Below are positions 18,805 to 21,689 of a DNA stretch of 21,689 nucleotides, piece by piece. The notes beneath the pieces are model-generated. The model saw nothing but the letters and a program-made list of their open reading frames with translations. It had not been told where the DNA came from and did no database searches. This DNA is from Capsulimonadales bacterium (GTDB taxonomy: Bacteria > Armatimonadota > Armatimonadia > Armatimonadales > Armatimonadaceae). Numbering within the stretch: the first letter of the stretch is position 1; every line of letters starts with the position of its first letter. Made by a program: the position numbers and the translations under genes. Location of the stretch: assembly GCA_033762295.1 (NCBI GenBank), contig JANRLW010000052.1, forward strand, positions 1 to 21,689. The letters are read 5' to 3'.

Positions 18805-21174
18805 ATGACCAAACCACGCGTTTCCACCGTATCGGTCGCCGTATGGATCGGATCGGCCGTTTTCCTTGCCGTTCCGGCCGTCGGTCAGGAGTCCGCCATT
18901 CCGGCCGCTCCGCCGACGGCGCAGGTCGTGACCGAACCCGCGATCGGAGTTCGGGTCAACGGGGAGCAGATTCCCTTCGCCGGTCAGGGGCCGGTTCGCC
19001 GTGGCAACGCGATTCTGGTTCCGTTGCGCGGAATCTTTGAAAAACTGGGTGCGACGGTGAAGTTTGAGGCCGGAACGATCACGGCGAACCGAAGCGGGAC
19101 CAAAATCATGTTGCGGGTCGGAGATGCGAACGCGACGGTCAACGGAAGCGTCCGAACCCTGGCCTCCGTGCCGGAGAGTGTCAACGGCAGCGTGCTGGTC
19201 CCGTTGCGTTTCGTTTCCGAGGCGCTGGGAGCGCAGGTCACGTTCGATCCTCGCCTTCAGGTGGTCGAGGTCGTCACCGATGCGATCGTCGCGGAGAAAT
19301 TGCCGACGCCGCCGGCCAATGTGGCGGCGGTCAACGGGACGGTCACCGGTATTTTTCCGGAGGCGGACGCGATCACGGTTCGGGTCGGGTCGGGTGAAAA
19401 CCGCCGTTTACCGCTGGCTCCCGGAGCCTTCGTTCAGATTCGCTCGGGGAAGCGTGTCGTCCGCGAAGCGTCGATCAACAGCCTTCGGTCCGGCGATCAG
19501 GTGCGGGTTCTGCGGAATGCGCAGGGCCTGGCGACCGTGATCGAATTCGCGAATGACGAACGTCGAGGGATCATCAAAGCCAAGGAGCAACTGGCGAACG
19601 GAAATACCCTGGTTCGTCTGACCAACGGCACGTCGGTCGAGGTTCTGGGCAGCGCACCGGTTCGGCAGGCGGCGAGCGATATCAGCCTGACCGATATCAA
19701 ACCGGGCGAGACGGTGGTCATCCGTGTGAACCCGGAGACCGGAATTGGAATCGGGGTGGCGGCGGTGACCGGCGACGATACGGACCCGGTACCGCCCGAA
19801 CCGGAACCGGCGGCAGGGAACGGCGAGACGCCTCCGGCATCCGGAACGGTCACCCCCCCGTCCCCGGTACCGAAAGCCGAGCCTGCGGCGGCCACAAACG
19901 CCCCGATAAACGCCCCGATGCCGGCGGATACGTCCGCACCGGCGGACCCGGCAGGAAAACCTTCCGAACAGAAACCGCAGATCGATTCGTTGACGCACGA
20001 CGCGGCGGACAAGATTTTAAAGGGCGGTGAAACCGTCACCGTCACCGTCGTCGGCGCGCCGAAGGGGACGGTCACTCTGTCGATGCCCGCGCTTTTCGGT
20101 TCCACGGGTCTTCCCGCCCCGGAGAAGGAGGATACGCCGGGAACCTATGTGGCGACGTTTACCACGCCTTTCAACACGACCGCTCCGGAGGTCGCTCTGA
20201 CGGCGGTCATGAAGATCGGCGAGGAATCCTCACCGGAAGTCAAGGCCGAAAAGCCGTTGAGCATCGATGGCGCGGGTCCGGAACTGTCCCTTCTGGAGCC
20301 GAAGGAGAACGAAGCCACGTCTTCGCCGCGGCCACGAATCGCCGGATCGTTCAAGGATGTGGGCAGCAAAGTCGATCCGAAATCGGCGCGGCTGTATCTG
20401 AATGACGAAGAGGTCACGGAGAAAGCGACCTTTACCGAGACCGGCTTCTCACTGGAACCGCCGACGGATCTGAAGGAAGGTCCGGTCAAGGTTGCTCTGT
20501 CGGTGAAAGATGCGCTTGGCAACGAAACCAGCCAGTCCTGGACCTTCACGATCAAGCCGCCGGTCAAGCCGATTCGCAAGGTGACGGTCGCGCCGACGGG
20601 CAACACGTTGCGGGCGAACGATATCCTGACGGTTCGGATGGACGGGATGCCGGGCGGCAAGGCGACGTTCCGGATCGAGACGCTGGAGGACCAGCCAATG
20701 ACCGAAGAGTCCGAGGGCGTTTATGTCGGTCGGTACTCGGTGAAACGTGGCGACACGGTCAGCAAGGCACGGGTTTATGTCACGTTCGTCCCGCCGGGCA
20801 GTGAGGACAAATTGCTGCGCGAAGCCCCGGAAACGGTCACCCTGCGTGCGGTACCGCCGGCGGCCCCGGTGGTGAAGGAGCCGAAAACGGGCGAGGCGAT
20901 CAAGAGTCCGGTTCTCTTCTCCGGTACCACCGAACCGTACAACACGATCCGTCTGTCGTTTTCCTTCGAGGGCAAGCAGTTCCTGTCCAAAGCGAAAGGG
21001 ACCTTTCCCTCGGTGGAGATCAAAGCGGATGAGAACGGCAACTGGAAAACGGAGGCGGTAGCGCTCGATCTGCCGCGCGGTATCAGCGGGGTAACCTTTA
21101 CGGTGGATGTCGTCGCGATTTCGGTCACCGATGAGGTGTCGCCGGTGACGACGCTGAAACTGAAGAAAAAGTAA
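18805..21174 (+). CDS. Secreted protein with copper-amine-oxidase N-terminal (stalk) domain, Pro-rich linker and beta-rich Ig-like modules (789 aa)
   Basis: Signal peptide; LVPLRGIFEKLGATV and LVPLRFVSEALGAQV stalk motifs; AAGAGG upstream of ATG 18805. Confidence 0.8.
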   Translation: MTKPRVSTVSVAVWIGSAVFLAVPAVGQESAIPAAPPTAQVVTEPAIGVRVNGEQIPFAGQGPVRRGNAILVPLRGIFEKLGATVKFEAGTITANRSGTKIMLRVGDANATVNGSVRTLASVPESVNGSVLVPLRFVSEALGAQVTFDPRLQVVEVVTDAIVAEKLPTPPANVAAVNGTVTGIFPEADAITVRVGSGENRRLPLAPGAFVQIRSGKRVVREASINSLRSGDQVRVLRNAQGLATVIEFANDERRGIIKAKEQLANGNTLVRLTNGTSVEVLGSAPVRQAASDISLTDIKPGETVVIRVNPETGIGIGVAAVTGDDTDPVPPEPEPAAGNGETPPASGTVTPPSPVPKAEPAAATNAPINAPMPADTSAPADPAGKPSEQKPQIDSLTHDAADKILKGGETVTVTVVGAPKGTVTLSMPALFGSTGLPAPEKEDTPGTYVATFTTPFNTTAPEVALTAVMKIGEESSPEVKAEKPLSIDGAGPELSLLEPKENEATSSPRPRIAGSFKDVGSKVDPKSARLYLNDEEVTEKATFTETGFSLEPPTDLKEGPVKVALSVKDALGNETSQSWTFTIKPPVKPIRKVTVAPTGNTLRANDILTVRMDGMPGGKATFRIETLEDQPMTEESEGVYVGRYSVKRGDTVSKARVYVTFVPPGSEDKLLREAPETVTLRAVPPAAPVVKEPKTGEAIKSPVLFSGTTEPYNTIRLSFSFEGKQFLSKAKGTFPSVEIKADENGNWKTEAVALDLPRGISGVTFTVDVVAISVTDEVSPVTTLKLKKK

Positions 21175-21189
21175 GGGTCAGGAGAAGCG

Positions 21190-21689
21190 ATGCTGACACA
21201 GGAGCAACGGGACGAATTCTGGGAACGGGGTGTGGTGAAACTGCCGGGAATCGTTCCGGAGAAACTGGTGGCGCGGGCGCGTCGCGCGATCAACGCCTAT
21301 ATCGGCGAGAACGGAATGGACCCGGCGTTACTGACGAAGTATCGTGCGCAGTCGTATTGCGACGGTCTGGGTGGGACGGAACCGATCACCGATCTCTACA
21401 ATGCGTCCGGGATTCGGACGGTGGCGGAATCCATGATCGGCGAGGGAAAGATCCGACCGGTGACATGGGGGCAGATCGCATTGCGCTTTCCGTCGACGGA
21501 CGAGACGCCCCGCCCGCCCCGTCCGCATCTGGACGGAATGTATTCGCCGACCAACGGAGTGAAGGAAGGGACGATCGCGAACTTCACGGCCCTGGTCGGT
21601 GTGCTCCTTTCGGATGTTCCCGAACCGTGGATGGGGAACTTCACGTACTGGCCGGGGACGCATAGACTCTACGAAGCGTATTTCCGGGA
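21190..21689 (+). CDS. Phytanoyl-CoA dioxygenase (PhyH)-like Fe(II)/2-oxoglutarate dioxygenase; 3'-truncated and absent from the ORF track
   Basis: Hand translation: MLTQEQRDEFWERGVVKLPGIVP...PRPHLDG...VGVLLSDV...GNFTYWPGTH (HxD iron motif, PG[ST]H). AGGAG upstream of the ATG; frame open to the window end. Confidence 0.82.
   Translation, partial: MLTQEQRDEFWERGVVKLPGIVPEKLVARARRAINAYIGENGMDPALLTKYRAQSYCDGLGGTEPITDLYNASGIRTVAESMIGEGKIRPVTWGQIALRFPSTDETPRPPRPHLDGMYSPTNGVKEGTIANFTALVGVLLSDVPEPWMGNFTYWPGTHRLYEAYFR

Overview
High-GC bacterial chromosomal segment; the gene repertoire suggests Armatimonadota, which is an inference only. The left end holds the 3' part of a retron-like locus. A 5'-truncated winged-helix/SWIM zinc-finger protein with a C-terminal LigA-type BRCT domain is followed 15 bp later by a 475-aa reverse transcriptase carrying the retron motifs NAxxH, YADD and VTG and a long helical N-terminal extension. 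This resembles type XIII (Mx162-like, WH-SWIM/ARM-associated) retron systems, but there is no intergenic room for msr-msd on either side of the RT. The RT collides tail-to-tail with a long minus-strand run of genes, in transcription order: 688-aa unknown, dapF, D-Ala-D-Ala dipeptidase, TPR protein, CPBP protease, membrane protein, DUF167, trxB, acpS, prmC. The right half, mostly on the plus strand, holds a stand-alone selB, an orphan MacB-type permease, an A-type Fe-S carrier, a flavin reductase, DUF4188 (minus strand), a cysteine desulfurase, a secreted stalk-domain protein and a 3'-truncated PhyH-like dioxygenase. No tRNA, rRNA, CRISPR array, integrase or transposase was recognised. All calls come from reading motifs by eye; no searches were run.
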